DNA from: Eledone cirrhosa
Taxonomy: Eukaryota
DNA length: 64,000 nt
Direction of reading: 5' to 3'
Assembly: GCA_964016885.1 (NCBI GenBank)
Contig: OZ024742.1
Span: forward strand, 255,874,001 to 255,938,000
Shown piece by piece: positions 12,799 through 25,269 of this stretch (positions within the stretch are counted from its first letter, which is position 1; every line of letters begins with the position of its first letter). Both the position numbers and the translations under genes were made by a program. A model generated the notes under the pieces. It saw only the letters and a list, made by a program, of their open reading frames with translations. It searched no databases and was not told where the DNA came from.

Positions 12799-13310
12799 CG
12801 CGATAATATTGCTTTTGCTGAACACCTTATATTGTAGAGTTTTATTTCGGAATGTTTTTGACCGTTGTTTCATGTAAACATACATTCTTCTCATTCTGAC
12901 GTCATCGGCATTGTCTCTACATGTGCGTTTTTCTTCATAATTACGCATGATGTTGAACCAGCCTGCTTTTAAATTCTCTTTTTGGCATATTGTAAACAGT
13001 GGGACTTTGGTTATCGTGTCTTTGAGCTCTGCTGATGATCGATTCAAACCGTGACCATCCCCACTGAAAGTTTTCTGAAATAGTCTTTAAGACTATACAG
13101 AGCATGTAGTTTTTCGAAATTGAAGTATGAGTATTTTAAATTTTATTTTATTCTGAGTTAAGGCTGTATTGATTTTTCCCAGGATTTCACCAAATTCTGT
13201 GGATGAATCTATATCCTGATTCTTACATTAACCATTTTTCCATTTTGACGCTATAGTCACTTATATATTATGAAATACTGTTGGCTTCTTGCTACAATAA
13301 TTTCTATACT
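12790..13310 (-). mobile_element. Possible PLE 3' fragment (endonuclease C-terminus plus decayed HHR-like motif)
   Basis: Minus strand GEILGKINT..IKFKILILQ...GHGLN resembles PLE C-termini; downstream CGATGA...GAAACAACGGTC. Confidence 0.35.
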
Positions 13311-13314
13311 TTTC

Positions 13315-13377
<63 letters not shown>

Positions 13378-13500
13378 CATACACACATACATACACGTAC
13401 AAATACACATACATATACATATACATACATACACACATACATATATCCACATATCCATACATACATATACACACAAATACACAAACACGCAAACACACAC

Positions 13501-13545
<45 letters not shown>

Positions 13546-13658
13546 CATATACACGCACACATACAATTAAATACATACACACACATGTATGTGTGTAAAA
13601 CTCATTCTTAGATGAATTCATTGAACCTTGTTTAACTCTTAAATATATATATATATAC

Positions 13659-13724
<66 letters not shown>

Positions 13725-13729
<5 letters not shown>

Positions 13730-13852
13730 AACGAGTAGGACCCCGACGGCTGAGCTCAAGCCGTTTCGACGGCTAATTCTGGACTAAATTTAGTCCAGAA
13801 TTAGCCGTCGAAACGGCTTGAGCTCAGCCGTCGTGGTCCTACTCGTTCCTAT
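13725..13852. repeat. 128-bp near-perfect palindrome, no spacer
   Basis: Centre ggactaaa|tttagtcc at 13788/13789, one mismatch; third partial copy at ~14193-14242. Confidence 0.95.
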
Positions 13853-14388
13853 TACCCACTCTACTACCCTAAGTATTGAGTACTTTGGTGCGTTATTGTC
13901 CACCTGGTTCCTTACCACATTTCCTCCGTGTAAACATTTCCGAAGGTGTAAACAAATAGTTGGGAATACGGCAAATAATAAATAAATAAATAAATAAATA
14001 GATAAGGGTGTAAATGTTTATAGCTGATTTAGAGCACTCAACAAGTTCATGGAGCAAATAATCAATGAAAATATGCATATACATACACATACATGTATAT
14101 ATATATATACACACACACACGCATACACGCAACCATACAAATACACACATATATACATACATATACATACATATATATATATATATATACATATAGGAAA
14201 CAATATATGACCCCGACGGCAGAGCTCAAGCCGTTTCTGACGCTATTATACATATACACACAAACATATATGTTACAAAAAAAAAATACACATATACACA
14301 CACACACACATATCTACAAAAAGTTACGTCACCACCTTAATAAAAATACACACACACATATAAACACACTCACACACACACACACACA

Positions 14389-14478
<90 letters not shown>

Positions 14479-14577
14479 CTCACATACAATGACAACAGAT
14501 ACATATAAAAAATACAATTATATACACACATACGTATAAATAGAGATATATATATAAATATATATACATATACATTT

Positions 14578-14697
<120 letters not shown>

Positions 14698-14934
14698 ACA
14701 CACACATACACAGAAATAAATATCTAAAAGTAAAAAAGTGTGGGTATGTGAAGGGTAAGGTAGAATGTAGGGGGGAATAAGGAAATTAAATGACATAGGA
14801 AAAAGTTTAAATATAAGGGGAGATAAGGGAGAAAAAGAATATAAGAGTAGAGAAAGTGATTTCAGAAAATAATAAAAAAAATAAAAATCTTAAAAATCGT
14901 GGTGGATGTAAGGCGTCGAGAACAGAGAAGAAGT

Positions 14935-16800
14935 TCAAGGTGGTTGAGTCATCGTAGGAATGTCAATCCAATTACAGATCAGATGTGATTTCAGGTTAGG
15001 ACAACATCTGAAGATCTCGGTCTTGGAGTTCAGGCAAGTTGAAGTGGCTTTCAAGTTTTGTAAAATCCTAAATTTTTCAGTGGTACACAAAAAACAAATC
15101 TTTGTTCCCCTTTGATACTCCCTCGAATGGTCTAAAATAGACCAATCGATAGAGTACGTGATGATTTTTATCCTTGAATTCCCACACCTTATTTGCGAGA
15201 GCCGTTGCTGTTCTTTTATCGGAGTGTTTAATAGAAGCGACATGTGCATAAAACCTGGTTTTAAACCTGTGTTGAGTCATGCCAACATATACTTCACCCC
15301 TGGCTGGCTGGTTGTTAATTAACGGTGTCACTTTGACCTCATATACAACGGATTTGGTGTTACATTTGCCCTGTAATGGGCATTCATCCGGTTTCCTGCA
15401 ACTGCATCCTGGATTTATTCTCGTACGATTAGAATTGGTGATTTTAGACTTCATTGATGGGCAGCAAGAATAACTGATTTTAACTACATTTCTATTAAAT
15501 ATCTCATGATATCTATGATTAGGAGGAAAATGTTTGTCTAAGTGGTCAAGGAATTTCCTTCCTTCATTAGTTTTGACAGTTAGAGAGAAGTGGGGTGTAA
15601 ACCAAATAGTTTTACTTTTCCTATTATTGTGGTTAGTTTTAGAGGGAGGAGTAGGTATATAATTAATGTTTTCTGTAAATCCGCTGTTATAATGGCTTTA
15701 TTATAATAAGGGGACGCTTTGTTATAAATGTCTAGAGACGAAGATAAGGTAGACATCCTACGGCTAATGTTGGGAATAAGATTTTTAAAAACTATAGCGG
15801 GATGACAAGACTCTTTGTGTATATATCTAAGATTTTCGTTAGGTTTATGATAAGGTTTAAAAGAGGCAGTAAGTAAATCAAGATTAATATCAAGAAAGTT
15901 AGCATTGGTAAGGTTCGTATCTATAGTAATTTTAAGGTTAAGATTAGCAAAAGTATTGGTTAAATCTTTACGGAATTTATCAAGGTTACGTCCGTTGGTG
16001 GTATGAGAAACTGCCAATCCGTCGTCACGGTATAAACCGATATTATGGGAAGGACATTTCTCTATAAGGGTGTGGAGAAGGAATAATCCTACTAAGTCAC
16101 ACACATCCACACTGTCATATGAACCCATTGGAACATCAAAAGAGTTTTCAGGGTTTTACTTTTTAACCCAAATACTTTCATTAGTAAAGAGTAGAGTTTT
16201 TCTAGCATCAAAGATAATGTCTTCTTCTAATTTAGAACTATTAATGAAGGGTCTTGCAAAATCTAAGGCTAAGGAAACAGTAATAGAGGGGTAGAAATCA
16301 ACAATATCAAATTTTGTAAATCTACACTTATTTTTACCTTGTATATTATTAAACCAAGAAATAACAGATGATGTATTTAACCATTGTGATAAGTCAGTCT
16401 TAGTTCTAATTTGGAGAATTAATTTTCCTAAGATTTTTTTACTTGCAAGGCCAACTTCGGATTTAGCTAGGTTAATCACTCTACAACTAGGTCGATTAGT
16501 AAAGTCTAGTTTATGGTCTTTAAGGGTTATATATATTCTTTGCGTTTAGCTAGGCTTTCAATTCGGTTGTCTATTTCTTAGCTTCTTTATTAATTGTATT
16601 GTAGGGGTTATTATTAGTTAATTGATATTTGTTGGTGATACTATTAGTTAAATGTTGGTTATACAAAATACTATTAACTTCAAAGAGATTTTTAGTTTTA
16701 TCGGAAAGAACAAAAGTGTTTGTAGAATTTTTAAAATTAGAAATATCGTTAGACAGTTTAGTTTGAAAATTATTATTGTACTTACGAAATTTGATATCTA
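14935..16800 (-). mobile_element. Naiad-type Penelope-like element, RT + C-terminal GIY-YIG, 5'-truncated and disrupted
   Basis: SDKTKNLF, RVINLAKSEVG, FDIVDFYPSI, FDVPMGSYDS..VCDLVG, GLYRDDGL, NFLDINLDL, SYSCCPSM, CSCRKPDECPLQGKC (CxCx5Cx5C), VVY..VYVGMT..FKTRFYAH, CFLC..EK..LNSKTE. Confidence 0.92.
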
Positions 16801-17049
16801 GTGTGCGTATGTATGTGTGTATATATGTGTGTATGTATGTGGGTGTATGTACGTGTGTATATATGTATGATTATGTGTGTATGTGTGTATATAGAGATGT
16901 GTATATATATATATATACATATATATACATATGTGTGTGTGTGTTCGTGTATTTGTATGTATGGATATGTGGATATATGTATGTGTGTAAATATGAATAT
17001 GTATATGTTTGTGTATTTGTACGTGTATGTATGTGTGTATGTATGTATA

Positions 17050-17130
<81 letters not shown>
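16800..17130. repeat. Compound microsatellite, inverted copy of ~13310-13600
   Basis: Irregular motif gtatggatatgtggatatatgtatgtgtgt...gtatttgtacgtgtatgtatgtgtgt is the reverse complement of 13375-13505. Confidence 0.8.
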
Positions 17131-17131
<1 letters not shown>

Positions 17132-17148
17132 GTATAAAATCAATACAA

Positions 17149-17224
17149 TTACCTCATTACCAGAGGTTTCCCGAATGAGGCGAATACGAAATAAACGACT
17201 TCATTCGTTCGTCAGACGAGGCAA
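17149..17224 (-). ncRNA. Type I hammerhead ribozyme with long stem II
   Basis: UUGCCUCGU CUGACGA A CGAAUGA...UCAUUCG G GAAAC CUCUG GUA AUGAGGUAA: 9-bp stem I including G-U pairs, intact core. Confidence 0.82.
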
Positions 17225-17298
17225 TATTTTGCTCTGATACTTACATAGAGCACCCTTCATTTCTATGACCTTTTCTGTTTCCAACGGAAATTTCAATA

Positions 17299-17397
<99 letters not shown>

Positions 17398-17593
17398 ATA
17401 TATATATATATGTATGTATATGTGTATGTATATATGTATGTGTACGTATATGTGCGTGTGTTTGTGTGTCTGTGTGTCTGTGTGTGTGCATGTGTGTTTA
17501 TTTTTCCTTTCCTTCTTCCTTTTCCAGCCTCACATTCATATAGATTATATTTTTGTTTTAAAAATCCAATATCAATAAATACACCAGGATTTT

Positions 17594-17652
17594 TTCATTC
17601 TGGTGATTGAAAGCAACATGTGTTTGCTTTCAAGAAACCACTGGTAAATGAA
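17594..17652 (+). ncRNA. Hammerhead copy with core mutation (CUGGUGA)
   Basis: Inverted copy of 12510-12568 with A6G. Confidence 0.75.
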
Positions 17653-17816
17653 ATAATTACCTTATGTTGTCTATTACATAACAATTGAGCTCTGTAACCT
17701 ACATAGAGAACTCTTTTTTGCTGGACCTTTCCGACTGAATAACTTCATTTATATATATATATATATATATATCAATAATATTAATAAATGGAAACTATCT
17801 TAATAAAACCAGACTA

Positions 17817-17872
17817 ATTTTATATATATTTCAAAGGTACCAACATTTTGGTACGCGCTCATCAGATAAAAT
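17817..17872 (-). ncRNA. Decayed minimal type I hammerhead candidate
   Basis: AUUUUAU CUGAUGA gcgc GUACCAA aaug UUGGUAC cuuu GAAA UAUAUA UAAAAU; the base of stem II is unpaired. Confidence 0.45.
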
Positions 17873-18129
17873 ACAAAAGTTGTTTCATAGATAGTGACAT
17901 ATCCCAAGACAAGAACTTATCGTTTTAAGTTCTGTTTGAATAGTGAAAGAAATTCAAATCTTAGGATGAATATGTTAATGAGGATAACGTAAAGTTGAAA
18001 TAGTTCGTTATATTTAGACGCTAGGTAAATTAAAATAATTATTAGGATATTTTTTTAAGGGAAAAAGAGAGAGATTAATATTAGGGTGTAGGAAAATATA
18101 TACATACATATATATATACATATCTATCC

Positions 18130-18770
18130 ATCTAGGGCGGGTAAAATTCCCAAGATTCATGGACGAGTTCTCTCCAGTGGCTTCTGTCCCTCATTATCGC
18201 TGCCATGCCTTGCGTCTCCAAGAGACCAGTGCCAGTCCATAGGGCATCAACATCTGTTAACCTCGGTCTTCCTCATCCAGTGTGTCCATGCAGGGGCTCC
18301 GACTGGCGCACTGAGTGCATTGTCAACTCTGGATGTCTGTGAGCATGTCCAGGTAACCTCAGTCTCCTTTGTGTCACTTTTGAGCTGAATTTTGGGAGGC
18401 TCCCGTATAGCTCTGTGTTCTTCATCCTCAGTGTATATTGATTAATGTTCAGAGCCATCCACAGCATTCTCGTGTAGCACCCATCCACCATCTGGTAGAG
18501 AATATTAAGAAGCCAAAGAAGGTTACTACTGTAGGCGGGAAGCCACTAGAATTGGTTGAGTAGTTCCTGTATTTGAGAGCAAACATTGGGAATACGGAAG
18601 ATGATGTGGTCGAGAGGAAGAGCAAAGCCAGGGCGGCATGCCACAGCTTCGGATCGCTGTGGAAGTCGGACCTTCGTAAAGACCTGATGATCCGCCTCTT
18701 CGTTGCTGTAGTGGAGTCTGTGCTGCTGTACGGGCCTGAGACTTGGACACTGACCAAGCAACTCATTCAG
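18130..18770 (-). mobile_element. 5'-truncated, 5'-inverted RTE-like LINE 3' end
   Basis: Minus 18273-18491 VDGCYTRML..RRLRLPGHAHRH; plus ~18500-18770 [30 protein letters not shown]. Confidence 0.85.
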
Positions 18771-18774
18771 ATTT

Positions 18775-18857
<83 letters not shown>

Positions 18858-18863
18858 AATACG

Positions 18864-18917
<54 letters not shown>

Positions 18918-19009
18918 CATATATATATACATATTATATATTTGCTGGCATCGATATGCATTTGTATGTATATATATGTTACTAGATATAAATTCTTTAT
19001 TATATATAT

Positions 19010-19091
<82 letters not shown>

Positions 19092-19258
19092 TTATTTATT
19101 TATCTATATATATTAGAAAGAAGAGAGACGATTTTAAGGCAACATCGTCTATTTATAATATAATCCTGTTACACGTATTTTAAATACGTGTTTTCACGAG
19201 ACAGGTGTTAAGTTGTAATGCTTTTGTTTTTGATATTCTACTGTAGTTAGTTATGTGA

Positions 19259-19379
<121 letters not shown>

Positions 19380-19559
19380 CGAAATATAAAAAAAAAATTA
19401 ATCTTAATAGATATGGTCTATTAAATATGTTTCATGAACATGTACAACTTTCAATACAATTTTTCAGGAATTCTAGTTTGTTTATTCAATGGACTTTATG
19501 CATATCATGTTTTGTTATACATTATCAAAAAATATTATTTGAACTCTCTCAGACTTTAG

Positions 19560-19870
19560 TTGTGTGAGATGAGCCTCACTGGGTTTCGAAGTGAATGTTC
19601 AAACTGATCGATCAACAGAACAGACTTACCTAGGAATGTATGTGCAATTAGCCCCGCCTTCCACAGATACGGGTAGCATTGTCATAAATTTATCTAAATA
19701 TAGATATATTCTGATAATTTCATCTAAACATAGATATATTTCATCTAAATATACATACATTCCACCCAACGAGCTCCGAAAGAGTTTTCATCTCCCGAAT
19801 TTCACACACAAAGCAAGGGTCAACCCAATGATGCGAGACAATGCGATCGAACCCGGCGCCTAATGACCAC
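19560..19870 (-). mobile_element. Decayed SINE-like repeat
   Basis: B-box-like GGGTTCGATCGC on the minus strand near 19850; the body resembles octopod SINEs only from recall. Confidence 0.4.
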
Positions 19871-20229
19871 TGGTCGCTTTGAGAAAACAACTCCAAAATC
19901 AGTAATTGGCATATAGCAAAATCGAAATAGAAGAAACCTTTATTTCATCATTCTGTTTTTCTGTTTTTTTTTCTGTTCAAATTCTAGCCTTCTGATAAGG
20001 TCATAGCTGTTGCATAATAGTAATCACCGAAATATATAAAACATCGAATATGATTATACGATGATAATTTTAACCTGTTGCATTATACTTCTTGTATTAA
20101 AACATATCCCGGTGTAGTAAACAGACCCACCTGCGCGCACATCGTCAGTTTCTCTACCCTGCATACTGAAGTATCAGTAATTAACCAACCCGTACTCGAA
20201 TTATATATATATATATATATTTATATATG

Positions 20230-22620
20230 GTTGACGGCTGAAAGACGGCTGAAAGCAAAGAGTATTCAATACCGAAATAACTATCAGGACGATGAATATG
20301 GATTTAAATCCTATAAAAACCCACCACACAACGCATCTCGAGGCGTTTGAGTGTGACCCAATAAGTATGATAAGTAAAATTGAATTGTAAAAAACGAACA
20401 CAGAGAAATAAATTCGAAAAGGACCCACAATTATTAATAAGAAAGTTAGGAAATACCAACGGGATATAGGTTAAGGCGGATAAGACAGGAAACATATACT
20501 CTATGGATATTACGACCTATAAGAACCACATATAAAAGGAACTATATAAGAAATATGATACACCGACTTACTCTACTTTAAAGGATATCAAAGACGAAGG
20601 ACTGATTATCGTGTACGAATTAGGCCTTGGTCATAGGACGGAACTCTTTATTTCTAAATGCCTTATAAGACCACAAATGTGACTTTCACTCTAACCCCAC
20701 CATTTGGCTAATATACCCATCAAAATCCGATCTGGGCCGAATAAGTAAGCATATTCTAGATATAATTGTAGCTCAAACAAAAAAATAGATTAGTGTTCAA
20801 ATTATGGGGTAATACAGACGAGGATATTAATTGATTTGGGGGAATAAAGAATAAGAAGATTTCTAAGTTCATCCAAATTGAGATAAACGAATACAACCTT
20901 TTTATAAACCTTGTTCTCCTTAATAAATCTGTCGCTTTCGCTAAAAAGAATTCTATCCTAACTAGTAAAGAAATTAGTATAATAATTCTTTCTACTTTTG
21001 GCACAAGGCCAGCAATTATCCCAGTGCATTATTGGTGCTTTATTTTATCGACTCCGTAAGAATGAAAGGCAAAGTTAACCTCAGTGGGATTTCAACTCAG
21101 ACCATAAAGTGGCGTAACTCTATGCTGCAAAGCATGGTATCCGAGCCTCTACTGATACAGCCAATTCACCACCTTTTAATTAGAAATTAGTACAATAATA
21201 GAATTAGTATAATAATAGAAGCTAGACATTCAGTTATTGCGTTCGAGGACGAATACGGAGGTTCGTAAATATAGCACAGATAGCTTTGATATCACTATGG
21301 GCTCTAGGGTCTTACTGCAGGTGACAAATGTAGTTGGTATGTACATAGCCCTAAAGAATTTTGTAATCGCTTAGGAGGAATTTATAGAGGTGACGCTCTT
21401 CTGTTAATTAAAAAAACTAATGGTGAGAAATTAGAGAAAACACCTAAGCAAATTAGATTGTTTTTCGCTAGAGTAGGCAGGCTAAAATTAACATTTGAAA
21501 ATTTCAAGAAAGCTAACTTCTTAGATGTAACTTTGTATCTCGACTCAGGTCTGGTTTAACCATAAGTAATGAAAACCTATCTTATATTAGCTATCAATCA
21601 ACCCATTCTAAATCTAGTATTATAACGATGCATTGCGAAACGCAGTGTATACGAGTGAGCTAAGATACCTAAGCGAAAGCGAGAGATGTAGATATGTTAC
21701 CCATCATCGAAGGGGAGGTAATCCATATTCTAGAAACAATTTTAGGCATTTTCAGCACAAGAAAGATTCCGATAATAGTGAACAACATGTTGGTAAGATT
21801 TCTCTTAAAACCTTGCGAGGATCACCACAGAAAGACATCACAGAAAAAATAACTAGACACAAGTCATACCTTTGGTATAATCCAGTAATCGACACTGCAG
21901 TTAAGTTTAAACTACCCTTTGTATTCTTTAACCTCATCGACATGTATTTGCCGCAGTCATACGAACACCATAAGATATTAAACAGAAATACTATTAGGTT
22001 ATCTTAATCAACCTCGATTAATCTCGATGTTTACATAAATATGTTGAATAAGAAGCGCTTAAGCACCTATGATACAAGTCAGAATTCTAAAGTTAATATG
22101 AACCCAAAATGATATTCTCAACCAGTGGGAGTAAATACACCAAAGGCAGTAAAGACTAGAAATGGGAAATTAAATCTATCACAATCTATTCATATACCTA
22201 CCACATCTAATAGCATCGATAATAATAATGAACCATCCGATAGATAAGAGCTACACTCTAATTGCCCAGGGCTCGAAAACCGCCCAAGACAAAATATGCG
22301 TATGTGCAGTAACATTGTATACCAGTGTGTGATTAGTGCTAAGAAACAAAAAATAAAATATATATGGCTACTTCAAATGTATTTACAAAATCGAAAATCA
22401 TCAACTTAGAAATTATACCACCTCAGGCAGTAAAATATGGAAACTAGTGGAGAATGGAACTGAATATCAGATTATTTAGTCTGCCCTGGGATTCGCCGAC
22501 CAGTACAAACAATATACACGTGTTCCTCACACATTTGTATACTAGAACTGTACTATATTATTACCGTAAACAATAATAAATCGATTGGAACGCATCTTCA
22601 ATTGTAGATATAAACTCTTT
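20230..22620 (+). mobile_element. Heavily decayed Naiad-type PLE
   Basis: SFDITMGS..QVTNVVGMY, GIYRGDALL, ANFLDVTLYLDSG, LWYNP, HHKILNRNTIRLS, SNCPGLENRP..CSNIVYQC, collinear with 14935-16800. Confidence 0.8.
20987..21181 (-). mobile_element. Family A SINE inserted in the Naiad copy, 18-bp TSD
   Basis: agaaattagta(t/c)aataat at 20969-20986 and 21182-21199. Confidence 0.9.
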
Positions 22621-23054
22621 AAACGTTTCTCCTATAATGAACCTAACTAGCATAGAATATGATCACACAACCAAACATTTTAGTCATATGAAATAAAATA
22701 CGAATTGACCACAACGCTATACTATTTATCACTATATGTATTTGTTAATGGTGCCAGGGAAATAGTGAACAGAGCTGAACATAATATATGAAAACATTAA
22801 AAAGTCAAAATGATTTACAAATATCTGCGTGATATCAGTGTGACACTGACCAATGAATATATGATTACCCTTTATTCAAAAAACCAAAAGCCACTTCTGT
22901 TAAACTATAGAAGCCTTCCCCTACAGGAAGAGAAATAATGATGATATTATCACTATATATGTTAATATTAGTGTTATTGTTGTTATTTGTTTAAGAGCTC
23001 CTTTATATATTTACATATCTCCTAATATAGCCGAAGTTCTTCCTTAACTACACG

Positions 23055-23146
<92 letters not shown>

Positions 23147-23321
23147 CGTTTCCAACCAACCGGAAATTTATAAAATTTATATTTATAAAATTTATAAAAT
23201 GTATAATAAATTCAAGTGGAAGCCACGAGTGCGTGTGTTTCTTATTGGCAACATGACCCTCCCAAAGTATAACAATATATATATATATTTGATTAGAAAG
23301 TGAACAACAGAATATATAACT

Positions 23322-23390
23322 ACTCCATTACCAAAGGTTTCAGGACCCTAGACGATATTAACATACGTCTAGTTCGCTCATCAGGAGGAA
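23322..23390 (-). ncRNA. Type I hammerhead candidate in a pLTR-like fragment
   Basis: CUGAUGA gcgaa CUAGACG...CGUCUAG ggucc u GAAAC CUUUG GUA AUGGAG; stem I imperfect; flank gtgaggctggaaaa shared with the 12479 arm. Confidence 0.6.
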
Positions 23391-23723
23391 GGTTATAAAT
23401 ATATGAAAATACGGAATGAAATTGAAAATATATTAAAATTGAAAGTGAGGCTGGAAAATATAACGGAAATATACACAAGAAAGAATATATATAAAAATGA
23501 TATAAAAATTATAAAAAAATATAAAAATTAGGAAGCACCTGTGTACATACATACACATTACATTCACACGCATTCAGATATAAGTAAGCATGTATATATA
23601 TATATATACACGACAAATACGTACCTATATATGAAACAGACACGTACGTATAAACACACTCGCTTACATACTTATAAAATACACACACACACTCGCCGAA
23701 ACTCACGCGCGCACACACACACA

Positions 23724-24643
23724 TCTATATATATAAAACTGAGGATGATTGTCTGTGTGCGAGTTTGAATACCTAAAACTCGAGAAACACCCAACCGACT
23801 CTTTTCAAACTTTACACATATAATACTTATGTTTGAGGGAGTGTTCTGAGCAAAAAAAAATTCTCAAATTTTCAATGCCCTAGAGACCGCATTAGGCGAT
23901 ATAGCGATCCCTCTCTATAATTGTTAGTCTTTCTCTTTTTAGATAGATACTTACATATAACGTCATGCCCTTATAATATCTGTCTGTATATCTGGCTGTC
24001 TGCATTACGTCACTTTCCTGAGGATGTCTGTCTGTGTGTGTGTGTCTGTGAGTTTGAATACGTAAAATTCAAGATATACCCAAGCGACATTTTTCAAACT
24101 TTACATGTGTATTTCTTATGTTTCAAGGAGTGTTATGCACATAGAGAAATTCAACTTGTTGATACACTAGGGCCCGCATTAGGTGAAAAACTGCGCTTTT
24201 CAGCTTTTAAGGTTTTTTTCTAGGCGTTATGTCAGACCAATTTCCTTGAAATTGTAACTATGTATTAGTCAGTCTCTTCTTCATACCATGAGCAAAGAAA
24301 ATCCAACTTTTTCATTGGCCTAGGGCCCGCATTAGGTGAAAAACGTCATTTTTTCAGCTTTTTAGGGCTTTTTTGAGGCGTTACATCTAGCCAATTTTCC
24401 CAAAATTCCAAGGCATATTATGCACATAAAACAAAATGTTCTTGACACCTAGGGCCCACATTAGGTGAAAACCTGCATCTTTCCTGCTTCATCGAGTAAC
24501 ATCTTAAGGTTATCCAGCCATCAGAGTATTTGGTGTATTTTCTTTACATATTGTCCAGGCATGCAGTTTTTCCACGATTAGGTCTGTTGGCGGCACGTGT
24601 TCCAAAACACCTTATCCGGTGCAACGCCGGGTAGCACTGCTAG
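23724..24643 (+). mobile_element. Non-autonomous Helitron
   Basis: A|TCTATATATATAAA start, subterminal hairpin CCGGTGCAACGCCGG, CTAG|T end, no TSD, internal duplicated blocks; second copy at 28616-29518. Confidence 0.88.
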
Positions 24644-25269
24644 TATATATATAAATAAGAAATAAAAAAAGAAATAATGTATGTAGGAGTGTGCATGCAT
24701 ATATGTATATGTTTATCTCGTACGTATATGTGTGACTTTTGTATCGTCTTGTCTGACCGATTTTTATTTTTTAATACTTTTTCACTGTGCTCAGGGCAGG
24801 AGAGGAACTATTTGAATTAAGTCTCCTGCCATTACGTAGATTTCTGGAGCACTGGGCAATCGGTGGACGGCATTGTGAGGACGCGTACAATTTCAGTTGT
24901 TAATGTTTTATGGTGTTGTCCGTCACATACAGCCATCGTCTGACGGACTGGAATCTAAATCTATCGGCCGATTCGTTTTTGAATATTCAAAAGCCGCTGA
25001 TGAAGGCATGTGCACCGATTGCGCATTGTTGCATAATGAATGCAGACATTGGATGCTGTGCACTCTATTGCTGCATTAAATGGAGCGGAAACTCGAGTAC
25101 GTGTATATTTTGAAGGTACCCACTTGCGTGGGTTGTATTGAAGCGAATAACTATGTGTCTACTCTGGGAGTTTACATAACTTTACCAATTGAATACGCTG
25201 TGATACAACCGGTAATAGTAGTCAAACCCATGGTGGTTCCCTCAACTTATATATATATATATTTATTCT

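Noticed and set aside
13030-13060. Isolated CTGATGA/CTGACGA words (also ~24996, ~26476, ~50292)
   Set aside because: No supporting three-way junction; expected by chance.
16130-16160. Possible selenocysteine read-through in the Naiad ORF
   Set aside because: The in-frame stop here is TAA, not TGA, and the other breaks look like frameshifts; no SECIS recognised.
24150-24480. Repeated ctagggcccgcattaggtgaaaa motifs resembling a CRISPR array
   Set aside because: Internal subrepeats of the Helitron with related, not unique, spacers; eukaryotic context and no cas genes.
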